In this document: positions 39,817-56,060 of the stretch, piece by piece | Layout of the letters: each line of letters begins with the position of its first letter | Position numbering within the stretch: the stretch's first letter is position 1 | Assembly: GCF_009914755.1 (NCBI RefSeq) | Contig: NC_060947.1 | Direction: 5' to 3' (one strand) | DNA: 64,000 nucleotides | Source of the DNA: the human T2T-CHM13v2.0 reference genome, Homo sapiens | The notes under the pieces: generated by a model | The model's input: only the letters and a program-made list of their open reading frames with translations | What the model was told of the DNA's origin: nothing | The model's database searches: none | Position numbers and translations under genes: made by a program

Positions 39817-39920
39817 TGTTGCAGTGAGCCGAACCAAGATCGCGCCACTACACGCCAGCCTGGGTGAGAGAGTGAGACGCCGTCTAAAATAAATAAATAA
39901 ATAAATAAAAAATAAAAAAC
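39817..39920 (+). mobile_element. 5'-truncated Alu 3' fragment
   Basis: gttgcagtgagcc...cagcctgggtgagagagtgagac plus (taaa)n tail; decayed TSD aaaaattccggctcctgaa / aaaaatttcccactcccgaa. Confidence 0.88.
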
Positions 39921-41151
39921 AAAAATTTCCCACTCCCGAAATCTGTTGGTACATGATTTCATTCTGAATAAGGTCATGGGGTCCAGTTGGCAGTAATCAA
40001 ACATTGTTCAAAACTTGACCCTAAATCGTAGTTCCTCCCAAAGGTCTTGGAAAAATAGGAGATTAGGTTTTAAAGGGAAGGAAAACAAATGAGTGCTTCT
40101 CCTTAATTATGCTTTTGGCTGCCACTGTGGGGATTATGAGCTTTAAGCTTCTAAGCTTCCACCTTTTTGATATATTTCCTGTTACTGTATTATTGTTGCC
40201 CAAGTGAGGGTGGGGGTGCAGAAAGGTTTGCAAGGGAAAAATAACCTCATCAATGTAACTGAAATTCCTTTCTCTGCAATTCAGTGGCTGACTTTATTGT
40301 TATTGTACTTTTGAAAGATTTGTACAGTTGTCTTTCAATTGCATAACATTGTTTTTCATTTATGGAGCTAATTGCCTGCTAGTTACTGATGCTCTTTAAC
40401 CTTATGCATTGAACTTTTACTCATTTTGAAATTAGATAAACTTCATGCAATGATGTTAGCATGTGGGGACTGCTGACAAAGCCCAATAAAGCTTTCTGTG
40501 CCCAATAATCTCAAATCACACACTACTGGATGGCTTAGGCTTGTCAGCAGATACTAACAAATACCACCATGTTGTCTTATACTGTTAAGTATAAAACAAG
40601 AAAAGAAAAAAGGAACAAAAAAAACAGAAAAGAACAAGAAGCTTTCAAAATAAAACATATCATGCCCTTTTGAGTTTAAGGGGCCATCTCGGGTTTTTAA
40701 TTACTTGTTACTAGTAGCATGGCATTTTGTACATTTGCACAAAAGGACCGAAACTTGTCATTGTGAAGAAATGATGGGCAGTATCTATCTTGGGTATGGT
40801 TACCGGTCATAGAGTAGTTCTACTTTGAGCTTGCCATACGACCCTTGTCATTTCTTTTCAGATTGATTTTTCCTGCCCCATGTTAACTATCCAGCTAAAG
40901 ACACCCTTCCTTTGAAGAACATCTGCAATGAAGGCTTTACTTAGTCACTGTAATTCTAGTTCTATTGATTTCATTTTCTGTTGTCACTTTTTGTATATAA
41001 TATGCTATTCCTTGAATAGTAGGACTTCATTTTAAGACTTTTTTCATATTTCTCAAGAAGCTCTAGAAAGAACTTTTTCAAAAAATATTTCTCTTGGCAC
41101 AAAAGAGTCTATAAAATATGATCTTAAATGGTAAAACTGAAATCTCTAGAG

Positions 41152-41289
41152 CAGTGCTTATCAAACTTTAATGAGCATAATTGTGACCTGGGGATCTTGT
41201 TAAAATACAGACTCTGATCAGATAGATCGAGGGTGGGACCCGGGCTTCTGCTTTCTGTTGGTCAAGGGACCACATTCTGATTAGCGAGG
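41152..41289. mobile_element. MER5A/MER5A1 MITE
   Basis: cagtgcttatcaaactttaatgagcat...cctggggatcttgttaaaatacagactctgat...gggaccacattctga. Confidence 0.78.
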
Positions 41290-42205
41290 TTCAAGGCCTA
41301 TCTGAAGTTCAGACTTCAACTTAGACTTACTGCCTATGCAACCACTGACCGTGTATCTCCCAAATGCTCCGGTCTCTCCATTTGGGAAATAATTATGCCA
41401 TTTACCACATCATGAAAATATATGACAGCTTTCAACATTTTTTAATAATCTGAAAGTTTTCTGAGCATCCCTGTTCACCAGTGGCACATGAATTACAAAT
41501 AAAGATTATAATTTCAGAATCTTGTGTACTGGGGCAAAGGCAATGCTACTTCTATAATGCGTTTGCTTTGTCAAAGACGAGCCTTACTCTAAATCCCTCA
41601 GTAATTCAGTTTTTTTTCCCCCAAGGGATATTTTCTGTAGGTTGAATATGAAAAACCCTTCTTTAAAAAATATTCCTAAACAGCTTTAATTATTTGTACC
41701 GAATTAGTCACTTTTCCTGACATGATTCAGGAAGACAAAATAAGTAAGTAGAGCGTTGCCTTCTTCACAAGACAGACATACCTACTGAGCTTATACTCGT
41801 GCTTAATTTTTTTTCTGTGCCTTTATTTTGTTAGGCCACATTTCTCAAAGAAGTGCCACCTTCCTCCTGTTTAGTCTTTTTGCTTTGTGTTCCATCATGT
41901 TCTTCTATCTGCTTGTCAGAACAATTTTGAAAGTTATCAGAAATTGCCAGCCAACCAAAGTTGTATTTCTTGTTCCCTTCTCTTCATTGTCAGTGGAAAC
42001 AAAACAAAAATTATGTGTAAAAGGGTGCTGTCTCTTGTTTTTCCTAGAGCTCTGGGCCTACTAAACCTTGTTCCCTGTCACTATTGAGGGAATCTGCAAG
42101 CATTACATTATAGATACAAAGTAAACTTGTTTTATAGAGATTAACATTGGAATCTAAGAGAATTCCCTGATAAGATAACAGCTGGTATATTTCTTATGTC
42201 TCATG

Positions 42206-42416
42206 CATTGGTTCTCAACCGGGGGTATTTTGAGACACTTGGCAATGTCTGGAGACATTTTGGTTGTCACAGCTGAGGGTGGGTAGGGGCTACTGACATC
42301 CTGTGGGTTGAGGCCAGAGATGTTGCTAAACATCCTACAATGCATGCGGCAACTCCCCGCAAGAAAGAATGATCCAGTCCTAAATTTCTAGAGTGAGAAG
42401 GTCTTGAGAAACCTTG
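42206..42416 (+). mobile_element. MER20
   Basis: ggttctcaaccgggg...ttggcaatgtctggagacattttggttgtcaca...gctaaacatcctacaatgca. Confidence 0.85.
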
Positions 42417-43549
42417 ATGTGCTGTTACTCAATACAGTCTTGATTGCTTAGTGTGGTTGTTTTACTCTGTCTTTACTATTCTTAAATTCTACTGGACTTT
42501 ATTTTGTTTTGATGCATGAGGGTGTTAGCCACGTAATTCCCATTAGAGTGATGAGAATTGTGTATGTAAATACTCTTCGGCAATGCAATTGGACTCTCAT
42601 GAGGATTTGATGATATCTTTTGTATAGGTAATTTTGTATGCTTTCAACAGCAGGTGATTTTCCATATATACTAAACCATTAAAAATTCTAGAAAGTTATT
42701 TTTCAAATCATGAATGTCTTATGACTGTTACTTGAGCAAATTTATTTTAAAATACATTTTGACAATAACTATCTCTTGAGGAAGACTGGGATTCCCAGAC
42801 TAGAGGGATTGATCCCTCTTTCTGGAAGAAATATGGAGTAGTTTTCAGTCAGAGTATTTTAATGTGGCTTCAGGAGAGACACATTATAGAAACAAGATAG
42901 TAACCCCTCTTGAATTGCACTGATCCTGATTGCCTGTGAAGAAGATGGTTGATCTCTGCACCATCTTAGTACAGAGATCAGTGGCCCTCAAATCTTCTAC
43001 TTTCAGGGCTAAGAGGGGCCTGAGGGATGGTTGAGAGCAGTCCCCTAACCTTAGAGATGAGTATTCGCAGTTGGAAACTGATTATTCATGGAATGGGAAA
43101 GAGATTATACAAAGAAAAGACTGGGTCCTGAAATCAGTGACCCAGTTTGAGCTAATGTAGACAATCTTGTTTTGCATAAGGCCTTGTTATTCTTTCTCAT
43201 CAGGGCTGCTAACCTGAAGAAGGAAGTCTGCATGCCGCCCACCTTTCTCTACCCTTAATAGACCTTAAGCCACCCCCAAACAAAACAAACAAAAACACCA
43301 CAGAACAGGGAAAATGGAAGGAGTAATAAAGTAACCTGATCTGCCCTTCCATAATCACAGAAGGATGCTTGCTCATGAAGAACACTCCTATCAGTCCGAT
43401 GGTTAATTTCACCTCCTCCAGAAGCCATCTCTTAGCTTCTACTCTTCTAGCATGCACTCAAATCTTGACTTGGAAATAAAACGCCCTCCATCTGATCTCT
43501 ATTTTTTGAGGCTTCTAGCTGTAGTTTTTTTTTGTTTTTTTTTTAACTG

Positions 43550-43755
43550 GATTAGAATCCTGGCTCTATTACTAGCTGTGTGACCTCAGGGAAATTACAT
43601 AAATTCTCTGTACCTAATCTCTGAAAACGAGTATCATAGGAGTCCTTACACTGTAGATAGGATGGTGAGAATTAGCTAAATTGATATATGTGAAGTGCTT
43701 AGGACAAGGTTTGGTACATTGTAAGCATAATGTAAAACATTAGTTATCGTTATGA
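43550..43755 (+). mobile_element. MIR SINE
   Basis: aatcctggctctattactagctgtgtgacctcaggg...gtgaagtgcttaggaca. Confidence 0.8.
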
Positions 43756-44269
43756 TGTATATACATACTCACTTATATTTGAACACCTTAGAACTTAATT
43801 TTGTTTCGATGCAAAGGATAATTAATTGGTTGCTGAAATCCCTCCTCCAGTACTTTATCACCGCATATTTAAGAATGTTCTGTCTCTTTAGTACAAAATT
43901 TTACATTCATAATGAGTTCTTTTTCTCCCCCAGTTCCATCCTCATCTCACTCTCTCAGGGAAAAAAACAGTCTACCAATCAGAATTGGGCTAGCTGAAAT
44001 CAACACACAGGCCAGTGCATACATGTTCTCCTTGGGTAGACAAGTACTATGCAAACACCTCAAGCTAAGGGTACTAGATGAGTAGGCAAGTGATGATGAA
44101 AACAGAGGGATGGAGACAAGCTAGGAGAACAGGACAATGCAAGAATAAAAGGAATGAAGCTAAAGGTTGGTGTCTTTGGGGCTCTGAGGGGGAAGACACA
44201 GTGGAGAAGGCACTAGTCTTCTGGGATGATGTGAGCCTTTGTCTGGAACAAGATGCTATTTAATTTTGT

Positions 44270-46330
<2,061 letters not shown>

Positions 46331-46368
46331 CTCTGATGCCCTTTTTGTGTCCTGCAACTCTAAATTGA

Positions 46369-46746
46369 TGTTATGGTTTGAATATGTCCCTTCCAAAATT
46401 CAGGTGTTGGCAATGCGATAGGATTAAGAAGTGGGGCCTTTAAGAGGTGATTAGGCTGTGAGGGTTCCTCCCTCATGAATGAGATTAAGGCCCTTATAAA
46501 AGAGGCTTCAGGGAGTGTTTGTCTAACTTGCTAGCTTGCTCTTCTGCCATGTGTGGACATAGCATTTCTCCTTTCTGGAGGACACGGGATTCGAGATGCT
46601 GTCTTAGAAGCAGAGACACCAGGCCCCAACTTGCCAGGGCCTTTATCTTGGGCTTTCTGGCCTCTGGAACTGTGAGAAAATAATTTCTTTTATAAATTAC
46701 CCAATCTCAGTTATTGTGTTACAGCAACAAAAAACAGACTAAGATA
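46369..46746 (+). mobile_element. MaLR solo LTR (MSTD-like)
   Basis: tgttatggtttgaatatgtccc...ggggcctttaagaggtgattaggc...aactgtgagaaa...acagactaagata. Confidence 0.88.
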
Positions 46747-47039
46747 GTTGGTAATAGTTTTCTTTTACCTGACTCATAGGGACAAATTACTGGAGTAGAC
46801 TGAAGTGCAAAAAAGCTAAGGTTGTTCTTATATGATCTTGTTTACCATAATTCCATCCTAATTAATTTGGTAGTCTTTCCAGATGAAATCATTTGCCATT
46901 CCCCAAGCTTGACATGCACTTTCATAACTCCATGAAAACCCTTACTGAATGTGACTTTCAGGAAAAGACACACATCTGCCAAGTTTCCTGTCCTGAGTGG
47001 AGTTTCCTCTTGGCAGGTAGCCCTGCCTTCTCTTCAGTG

Positions 47040-47190
47040 CCATTGTTGATTTATTTACCCATCAGTCTCCCAAACCAGATAGGAAAGCTTTGAGGGAAAG
47101 ACATCATCTTATTTATTATGAATCTTTGATAGCAGAGTTCCTTGCTTATAGTAGGTGCTCAATTAATATGATCAATAAATGGATGAATGA
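47040..47190 (+). mobile_element. L2 3' end
   Basis: aagctttgagggaaag...tagcagagttccttgcttatagtaggtgctcaat...atggatgaatga. Confidence 0.7.
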
Positions 47191-48719
47191 TACTTATTTT
47201 GGATGATAGTTCTCAAAAAGACAAAGACAGGGTTCATCTTAACGCCTGGTTTTGCCTCTTTTTCTGGTGCCAAGGCCAGTTTCACTAGCAGCTGGACATT
47301 GATGGCCCTCAATGACAAGGTGAAGGATAAGTTGTTGCTGAACACTCGTTCTGATTAATGAATTACCCTTTTGAGTTTCACATCTTTATTTTATGGCCAC
47401 TGCATTTATACTCAGTCTTTCTGATTCATGTTAAAATTTGTTAAACATTATTTTCTAACATATTTCACAGATATGTAATTTTGTCTCTAGGTAAAATGAC
47501 ATCATTGAAGTATTTTTTGGGTGAAAAATATTCTCGGAAGCATCTGACTCTGGCTGCTAGTTTTCCAGACCAAAATTCCAATAACATTCAGGCTTCAGAG
47601 GAGTATTTGTATTCAAATTACAGAGAGAAATTCAGTCTTCTCCTTTAATTACAAACCAAATTGCACATTAAACATATTTCAGAGAGATGCAGCTTTCTAT
47701 TTTGGCTTTTAGGAACGTATCTTCAACCATTTACTCATTCATTTATGCAAAAATTCAGTGAAAACCCACTATGCGTCAAGCAATTTGGGGGGCTTTAGGA
47801 ATGCATATATGAATAAGATATGTTTTCTGCTCTCAAGGAATCAAGGAGAGAGGAAAACATAGAGAAATCATTATAATCAAAATGCAATGCATCCCCTATG
47901 AATATCTATGGATCGTGAGACCAGTGTCAAAGGGTATGAGCATGACATCTGACAGCAGAGTTTCTATAAAGGAAATAGGTGGTTATGTTCTTCTCACCAT
48001 ATTTTTGAATAACAGTATGAATGTAATCTGTTCAAGCAAGATTTAGATTCTAACCCATGAGACATTTACTGACTACCTACTATATGCCAGGTGAGGTGCC
48101 CAATACTTAACACATATCTCATAAAAGTAGCAAGATGAACTGCAGTTGCATTAATATTTAATTAAAGCAGAACAGAATAAACCCAGTAGGTAAATAGAAA
48201 CAGTTGAGAATTTTCCATCCATGTCCATTCCCATGAGATTTGGGGGTTCTCTCAAAGGCCCGCAGAGTCATTGGAGTATTCACGCCCTTTTCTCCTCACT
48301 CAGTGCTTCCTGTGTTTTAGGGTGTTTAAGAATTACTATATAAGATTATTAGACACAAAATCATCTATAATAAAATTCATGGTTGATAATTTTGTTTACA
48401 CAATATGTTTGCCTTATATACTAAATGTGTTTTCTGTTAAGAAGCAATTTTTACTTGCTTTGGTTCACATCAGTTCATTTTAAACACGAAAAAAGCAATA
48501 CCTTTAAGAATGTGTCATTTCTGCCTTATCTGGACTACCACATTTTCTTTATTGAGGACTCAAATTCTGCCAAGGAGAAACTATTTATTTGAAACTAAAC
48601 AAAGAGAAAACAGGCCTACGGTCTACTTACAGAGAGAACCAGAGCCCCTCCCTGCCTGCCTTAACTCAGGGCTCTACATCTGTTTTAGACAACTTTTGGG
48701 CAGCATTGAACATTATGAG

Positions 48720-48945
48720 CCCATGTCTGCCTTGGGCCTTTGCACTTGCTATTCACCTTTCTTGGAACATAGTTCCTCCAGATATTAGCACAGCCTATGC
48801 CCACATTCCCTATCCTCAAGTATCATCTTCTCAGAGAGGCCTTCACTGACCACTGTAAAAACTAGAAGCCCCCACTTCCCCTCCAGCACCTGCTAAACTC
48901 CTTATCCTCCTGAACTTTTTCTGCATAGTACTTAACATCCAAAAT
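48720..48945 (+). mobile_element. L2 fragment
   Basis: gccttgggcctttgcacttgctattc...tcttctcagagaggccttcactgaccac. Confidence 0.7.
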
Positions 48946-48949
48946 AGCA

Positions 48950-49421
48950 TGTCTTAGTTATCCATTGTCATGTAACAAATTACTTGAAAACCTAGCAACC
49001 TAAAACAACATTTATCACTGCACAGTTTCTGCAGGTCAGAAATCTGAGCACAGCTTATCTTGGTTCTGAGGCTTAGGACCTCACATAGGTTACAATAAAG
49101 GTGTCAACCAGAGCCACAGTCATCTCAGGGTTAAACTGGAGCAGGATCTGCTTCCAAAATCACCCAAATGGCTGATGGCGGGATTGAATTCCTTGAAGGT
49201 TGTTGGACTGAGGGGCTCAGTTCCTCTCTGGCTGTGGGCCAGAGGCTGTCTTCGGTTCCTTGCTATATCAGTCTCTCAGTAGGGACGCCTAGAACATGGC
49301 AGCTGACTTCATCAAAGTGAGGAAGCAAGATACAGGGAGAGAATGCCAGCAAGATGGAAGCTATAATCTTTCAATCATAATCTCAGAAGTGAAAGCCCAT
49401 CATTCTTGTTGTGTTCTATCA
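48950..49421 (-). mobile_element. MaLR LTR (MLT1F-like), truncated
   Basis: tgtaacaaattac...cacagtttctgcaggtcagaaatctgagcacagctta...tgttggactgaggggctcagttcc...aacatggcagctgacttcatcaaagtgag. Confidence 0.8.
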
Positions 49422-49543
49422 TTAGTAGAGAGGAGGTGTTACTATGTTGCCCAGGCTGGTCTCAAATTCCTAGACTCAAGCAATCCTCCAGCCTTGGCCT
49501 CCCAAAGTGCTGGGATTACAGGCATGAACCACCATAACCAACC
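49422..49543 (-). mobile_element. Alu left monomer / FLAM
   Basis: actatgttgcccaggctggtctcaaattcctagactcaagcaatcctcc...cccaaagtgctgggattacaggcatgaaccacc. Confidence 0.88.
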
Positions 49544-50224
49544 TTTTAACTACAGTCTTTTATGTAGAAAATGAAGTGTATTTCTCTGCTATGGAATGCA
49601 AAAAGTAGCCATAGAGGTTAGTGAAAACAATATTCCAAAAAGGGGAATTTCAAAGTAAGCAGCTGAGTTATGAATATACTTCAGTATCCTAAATAGTCCT
49701 TTAACATTTTATGAGTTAATTTTGAGCTACCTTAGTTGTCAGTTTGAAAATCACGGTTGAGCATTCTATCTAAGCTTTCAGGAGCAGAGAAGTGGTTTAT
49801 TATCTTGGAGCCTGTTTTTGTAAACAAAGTCATGGGCAGACCAGAAAAGTGCAGAGCAAAAGGCAATCTATTTCTGCTGACATGGAAAGGAGATGAATAG
49901 GATTAAGCTATAAATACAGCCTGGAGATTGTCATCTCTTTTCCTCCATGGACGCAACAGTGCCTCACATTACAAATGATTTCCAAGGACCTGAAAACGTG
50001 GAAACTGAATTGGCCTCTTGCTGGTAAGGAGAAATTACTCTCCAGAGGTTGGCCAAAATTCACAGTTCCATCTTCTGAGTTAACTGATCAAAGGGGAGTG
50101 AGCAGGTGGTACAATTTGAAAACAAGTTAAAGGTAGCCAAGAGTGGAATCAGGGGTGAAGATACTAACAGCAAGAAAAATCTGCTCAGAATGCAGATGAT
50201 TCAAAAAGCACGATCCAGAAATCC

Positions 50225-50700
50225 AATTCAATCAACACTGTTTTCTGACAACTTATTATGTTCAAGGTATGAGGGCCCGTACAGGTACACCTTACTTCCT
50301 GCCCCCAGATAACTTACAGTCTATTTGGAAAGAAGATAAATATTTGAGAAATTCAGCAGCAATGAAAGATTTCAGCAAAAGCAGAAGAGCAACCAGCTGA
50401 CAATACATTTTCAGTTGCCAACTAAGTGATATCAGCCTTAAATAGGAGTTCAGAGAAAGGAAATAGGTTAGTTAGCCTGAAAAAAAATCAGGGAAATATT
50501 TGTAAGCAGGGCGAAATCTCAGCTGGGTTTTCAATATGAGTATGACTTTATAGGTGGAGAGAAGAAGGGGTAGGGGTCTTCCCGGTCAGTAAAACTTTGT
50601 AAGTTTATTTAAAAGCTTGGAGGTGATAAAATACGTATTGTGTTCGGGAGTAGAAGCTTCAAGCGTGGAGAAGAGAGAGCCTGTAGGAGACTAGTGGAAG
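50225..50700 (-). mobile_element. L2 fragment
   Basis: ttcaatcaacac...cttattatgttcaagg...cctgccccca...cttacagtcta...ggagttcagagaaagg. Confidence 0.55.
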
Positions 50701-50889
50701 GACATGACTAGTGGAAAAGTCTCGAAGCTGATGGTAGATCTCAGCTCTAATGCTCTACATGATATGACTTTTTTCACACATGGTTGTGTTCCTTCAATGC
50801 TTGTGCTTTAATTTGCATAAATCAAATAATGTTTTAAAGATCCTGTGAGAAGTTGCTGTTTAGGGAACCTCTGTGATGAATATTTAACT

Positions 50890-51450
50890 CTCAGTGTACC
50901 AATGAGGATAACTTTGTCAAATTACAAGTTTCCTAAGTTAATGTAAAGGGTTGTGGAGTTGGTTTAATTCATGGGTTAAGCCTACGCCTTCTTCTCTCCA
51001 CCTATAAAGATTTTTACTGTTTCCCTGTGATGGTCTTGGCTCTGCTCTCCTCTCAGTGTAGGCATCATCCTCACTCTGTTTTCAAGATGGAGGTCCTCCT
51101 GTCTGTGCCAGAAAACATCAAAGGAAGGAAATGCATCTCTGCCTTAAACTCTCCAGGAAGTGAGATTCTTCTAGAAGCTCCCAGGAAACTTCCACTCGAG
51201 GCTCCTTGGCCTTAGTTACATCACATGCCCTTTCTTCAACCAGCCTCTGTAAGCTTTGAATGCCATACCCCTGTTTAGCTCAGACCTGGCTTCTAAAACC
51301 ACTTGCAGGCAGGAATGATGGGAGGGACTTAGCTGGTTTAGACCAATCAGGGCCCACTCCTGGTGCTGGGGTGAATACCCAAAGCCAAAAGCACAGGGCA
51401 GCTACACAGTGCAGGAGGCACAGAATGGGTGTTGGGGGAAAGCCACAAGG
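50890..51450 (-). mobile_element. Old MLT1 (J/K-like) LTR remnant
   Basis: ttggccttagttacatcacatgccctttc...gctggtttagaccaatcag...aatgggtgttggg. Confidence 0.55.
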
Positions 51451-51982
51451 TTCAGGCATTCATGTTTTAGTTTGGGTGCAAATATAGAACTTTATATACA
51501 GTTTGCTTTTTAAAAAACTACTGTTGCTATTCTTGCATTTACTCAGCCATGTTAATTGTAGGATCTTTTAGCCAATGCCAGCAAAAATCTTGTTTCAGAT
51601 TTTGAATGGGATTTTAGCAAAAATAACTTTGAGAAGTGATCCCTTCACAGAGTTGAACTTTTTCATCCTTGAACATAGTATGTTACTAGTTATTCAGGCC
51701 TTTTATTTCCGTTAATATTTTATACTTTTTTAATGTGTGGTTCTTCATCTGTGTTTTCTTCATAACAATTTTTATTAGATTCATGCTTACTTTATAGTTT
51801 TTCTTACTATTATAAATGGAGTCCATTCTTCTATTACGTACTCTAACTGGTTAAAATGTGGCATTTAGAGTCTTAATGATTGTTGTATGCTAATCTAACC
51901 TGCAAATATTAAAAATATTATTTCTTCCTTTACAATCCTAAAACATTTTTAAATCACTCTGTTAACTGGAATCTCTAGCACA

Positions 51983-52062
51983 ATATTGAATATCTATTGT
52001 ATATTCAATATATACTGTATATTCAGTATATGCTGTATATACAGTATATTCAGTATATGCTG
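51983..52062. repeat. AT-rich palindromic micro-duplication cluster
   Basis: atattgaatat/atattcaatat inverted pair, then repeated gtatattcagtatatgctg units. Confidence 0.8.
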
Positions 52063-52600
52063 ACAGCAGATACTTTTAGTTATTTCTGGATTTTCACTGG
52101 AATGCATCTTAAACACATCTAAGTAGGTTGTTTTCTGTACATTTTTAGTAGGTAGCCTTTTAATGACTTAAGAGGTTTCCCTCTCTTCTAGCTTACTATA
52201 ACATTTTTTTTATCATGAATAGAGGTTTGATGGTAGTAAATGCTTTCTTTGCTGTGATTATGATTATTTGTACATCTGAATTCATAAATAAGTTTGGCCT
52301 TATTTTCCTATTTGTCTTCGATTTTGTTTTTGTGGTTATGCTAGTCTCTAGAAACAAGTTTACAGGCTGGACTTCTTTTGTGAGTATAAAATAGTTATTG
52401 TAAGATAGGAATCATTTTACTAGAAGTTTACTTGAAATCTCCAGTAAAATCACTAGACCTAGTGGGAGTTTTTGTAGGAACTTGGATTACTGGCCCAATT
52501 GCTTTTGATCTCTTCAGGTTTATTGGTCTATTCAGATTTTCGGTTATTTCTTTGTAAAATTTCCCAGATTTTAAATTTATTACCTTAAAATTATGTCTAG

Positions 52601-52959
<359 letters not shown>

Positions 52960-53359
52960 TAGTATTATTTATTTTTGCCCTCTCTCTCTTTTTTCCTCTT
53001 TCTAGAGGTTTATTTCATTAGACTTTAACAGAGTGGATATTAGCTTTATTGAGTAACTCTGGTGGGGAGGGTTGTTTGGTTGGTTTTCCAAACAAGTTGG
53101 TTTAACTTCTTTTACATTTCATTTTCTTCTTCTTGCTTCATTTGGCATTTTCCAGCTTTTAAAGCTAATCAATTAATTTATTTTTAGCTCATTTTTATTT
53201 TCTGAAATAAAACATATTTCAGTAAATTCATCCCACTAACTTTGATATGGACTAGCTTTAATAAAAATATTATTTTATAGTATTTTTCTCTCTTCTTTAA
53301 CCAAGAATTATTTACACATAATTTAGTTTTCAAATATTTGATATTTGAAGTCCTTTTGC

Positions 53360-53482
53360 TTTTTTTCTTTACTGATACATAACAGATGCATATATTTTGG
53401 AGTACCTGTAATAATATATTCATATAAAGAACAAATCAGTGTAATTGGCATATTCATCACCTTAAATATTTGTCATTTCTTC
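53360..53482 (-). mobile_element. L1MA (MA3/MA4-like) 3'-terminal fragment
   Basis: tgatacataacagatgcatatattttggagtacctgt...aaatcagtgtaattggcatattcatcaccttaaatatt. Confidence 0.7.
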
Positions 53483-55550
53483 ATCGGTTTACTTATCTTT
53501 GCTATTATTACCTTGTGATGTTTGATTATAGTGGGTATGAAATTAGATCTTTAAAATTAAGAGAGAATTATTTTGTCCTAATACCTAGATGATTTCTAAA
53601 AAGCTGAAAATCTTTTAGTACATGAGTTTAACTGATTTATATTTGTTAGGGCTATTGAAATATTTGCAGTAATTTCTTATATCTTCTCTTTTTAATTTTT
53701 AGGTTTTTTATTTTCTAATTTCTGTAGAGTGGATTGAATTTTGTGCCTTTTTATTGCTTGGAAGTTATGCATTTCATTTGTATTATTTTTGCTTCCCTTT
53801 CTTATTAACAAGCTTGCTATAATATTTTTCTGGCAAAATCTAAAGTTAATTAGTAGTTGCCCTCCCAAACAAGACACTTTAGCTTCCCTACAATAGTCCC
53901 AGCAGGGAACCTATCTATCCCCAACTCCCAAGGTGGTATTACTAGGAATCTGGAATTTTAATTCCAATTTATTACACACACACACAAACACACACACACT
54001 TTTTCCAGGTAGTATTTATTTAGATCTAGCAATATATTCTTTTTTCTTTCTTTCTTTCTTTCTTCTACCTGCCTGTCTTACCCATTTTTTTTCCTTCTCT
54101 TTTTCCTTTCAGTTAGGCTGGGATAGTCCTAACTCCTGCTGTGCCCAGCTGTGGTCTTTCAGTGGCAAACCGTCTGAGTTCTAAGCTTCATTTCATTCTT
54201 ACTCTTGAATGATGGTTTTGGATTCTAGTTGTTTTCCCCTCAGAACTTTTTCAGTTTTACTCAGCCCTTTAAAGGTGTTACTCCATTGTCTTCTGGAATT
54301 TACTGCTGTGATAAGAAATCTGAATTAATCTCTTTCCATCTGTGTCTCATAGGTAATCTGCCTTCGTCTCTTTTCCTTTCACGATGCTCCCATTACACTT
54401 GATCTCTGAGGTTTTGCTATGAAGTAGCTGAGACTCAAGTGAACCTTTCCTATGAGTTTATAAACGTTAGTCTATTCTAAGGCTTTACTGAGAAATTAGT
54501 CATACTATTCATTCAGTTTCTTGGTTAGTTGTAATTTCAAATAGAATAAAATTTTGTTTTGTGAGTTCTGCATAGGATCAAGGATCAAAATTTACTGCTA
54601 AACAATATGTGGATACCTCCATCTGTTTTTTACCTAAACCTAGAAAATAAGGCAGAGAAATGGATAAATCATACTGCTTCTGGCCTTTAGAAATTTATTA
54701 TTTTGTGATTTTGCAGCCCTAAAAAGAATTAGAAGCTATTTGGATTATATCCAACTATATTATTTAACAACTGAGTATGTCAGCAAACCAACTCACAAAA
54801 GGTTTTCAGGTGACGTTATAAGGGAAACTATTTCCACGATTTTAGTAAAGTTCTAAAAAGTCAGTTTAAGCAGACACAACACACAAAGGCTTTATGAAAT
54901 TAGAAATCCAAGAGCAGCATATCAATGAAGTGACCTTAATTTGCCTATCATCCTTTATGCAACTTGGGATTGGATATAAAATTGTTCTACCTCCTTGGTC
55001 ATTAAATATGCTAGTCCATTAATGCAATTTGGGCAATACTAGATTCATAGTGTTATATACCAGACTCTTACTGAAAAGACAGTGTTGGGGGAAAATTGAA
55101 TGTGTATATTACTTTATAATTCCAAAAGTGGTTTCTCATTCATTATCTCATCATTCCTAGTAATGATATGGAGAAAGTATTAGTATTCTTATTTTAGAGA
55201 GAAGGAAGCTTCAGAGATATTCAGGATGTCTCCCAAGCAAGAGAACTTAGATTAAGTCAGACAGTCTGGGATTAATTCAGTGCATCACATGTCACCTTGT
55301 AGGTGGTAGGTGCTCAATACATATTTGCTTAATGAAGGGGTGACAAAAACCCCGATTCTGATGCCATACCCAAGGCACTTTCTACTTTCACGGCTGCCTT
55401 TAAGTCACATGGAATTACACAACTGCTGTGGAGGTGGCAAGAAATAGAAGTAGTAAGAATAAAGGAATTTTTCTAAACTGAAGGTGAAGAGGAACACTGT
55501 GAGGTAGAAACTATGATTTCCATTTTATGGATGAGGAAACCAAAACTTAG

Positions 55551-56060
55551 CACCAGGAGACAGTTCTCTGTGCGTCGCTCACCTTTCCACGTGTCTTCCG
55601 AGCAGAGGTACTAACTGCCTTTCTTCCACACTATCCTTATAAGGATATGTTTGTATAGTGAACAAGTTTAGACGACAGAGGTAGTGACTCCATCCAGAGC
55701 AAAGGCAGAGTTGTTCATTGTCCAGTATAATAAAGATAATGTCTCCCTCCAGGACAAAGTTCAGGTGGGCTTATGAAATCCATTATGAAAGATTCAGGTT
55801 TTCTACGTTCAGGATTCCTGTCCAGTAACCCAGTGTATGCAGCCGTTGCCTCACTCTCTTTGTGTCTTCCAGTGGGAATTGGGGTTCTGGAAGTGGCACA
55901 AATGCTAATACTCTGGCTACGGCTATTGCTCTGAGTAATAAATCCCTTTCTCTGTGACCTAGGGGTCTCTTGTCTTCTGCAAACATCCGTGAAATGATGG
56001 CAGACTAACACGTTAGCTTGCAAATAGGGTCAAATCTCAGGCTTTTCATTGTTCTTGACG
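55551..56060 (+). mobile_element. LTR40-like ERVL solo LTR inserted in a MIR
   Basis: ggagacagttctc...aaggatatgtttgtatagtgaaca...tccagtataataaagataatgtctccctcc...gagtaataaa...gttagcttgcaaatagggt; 5-bp TSD cttag; MIR continues on both sides. Confidence 0.8.

Noticed and set aside
40845-40960. Acceptor-like tttcttttcag at ~40861 (also tttctttttctttgtag at ~12968) as exon starts
   Set aside because: No convincing downstream donor or coding frame; such tracts are common in AT-rich DNA.
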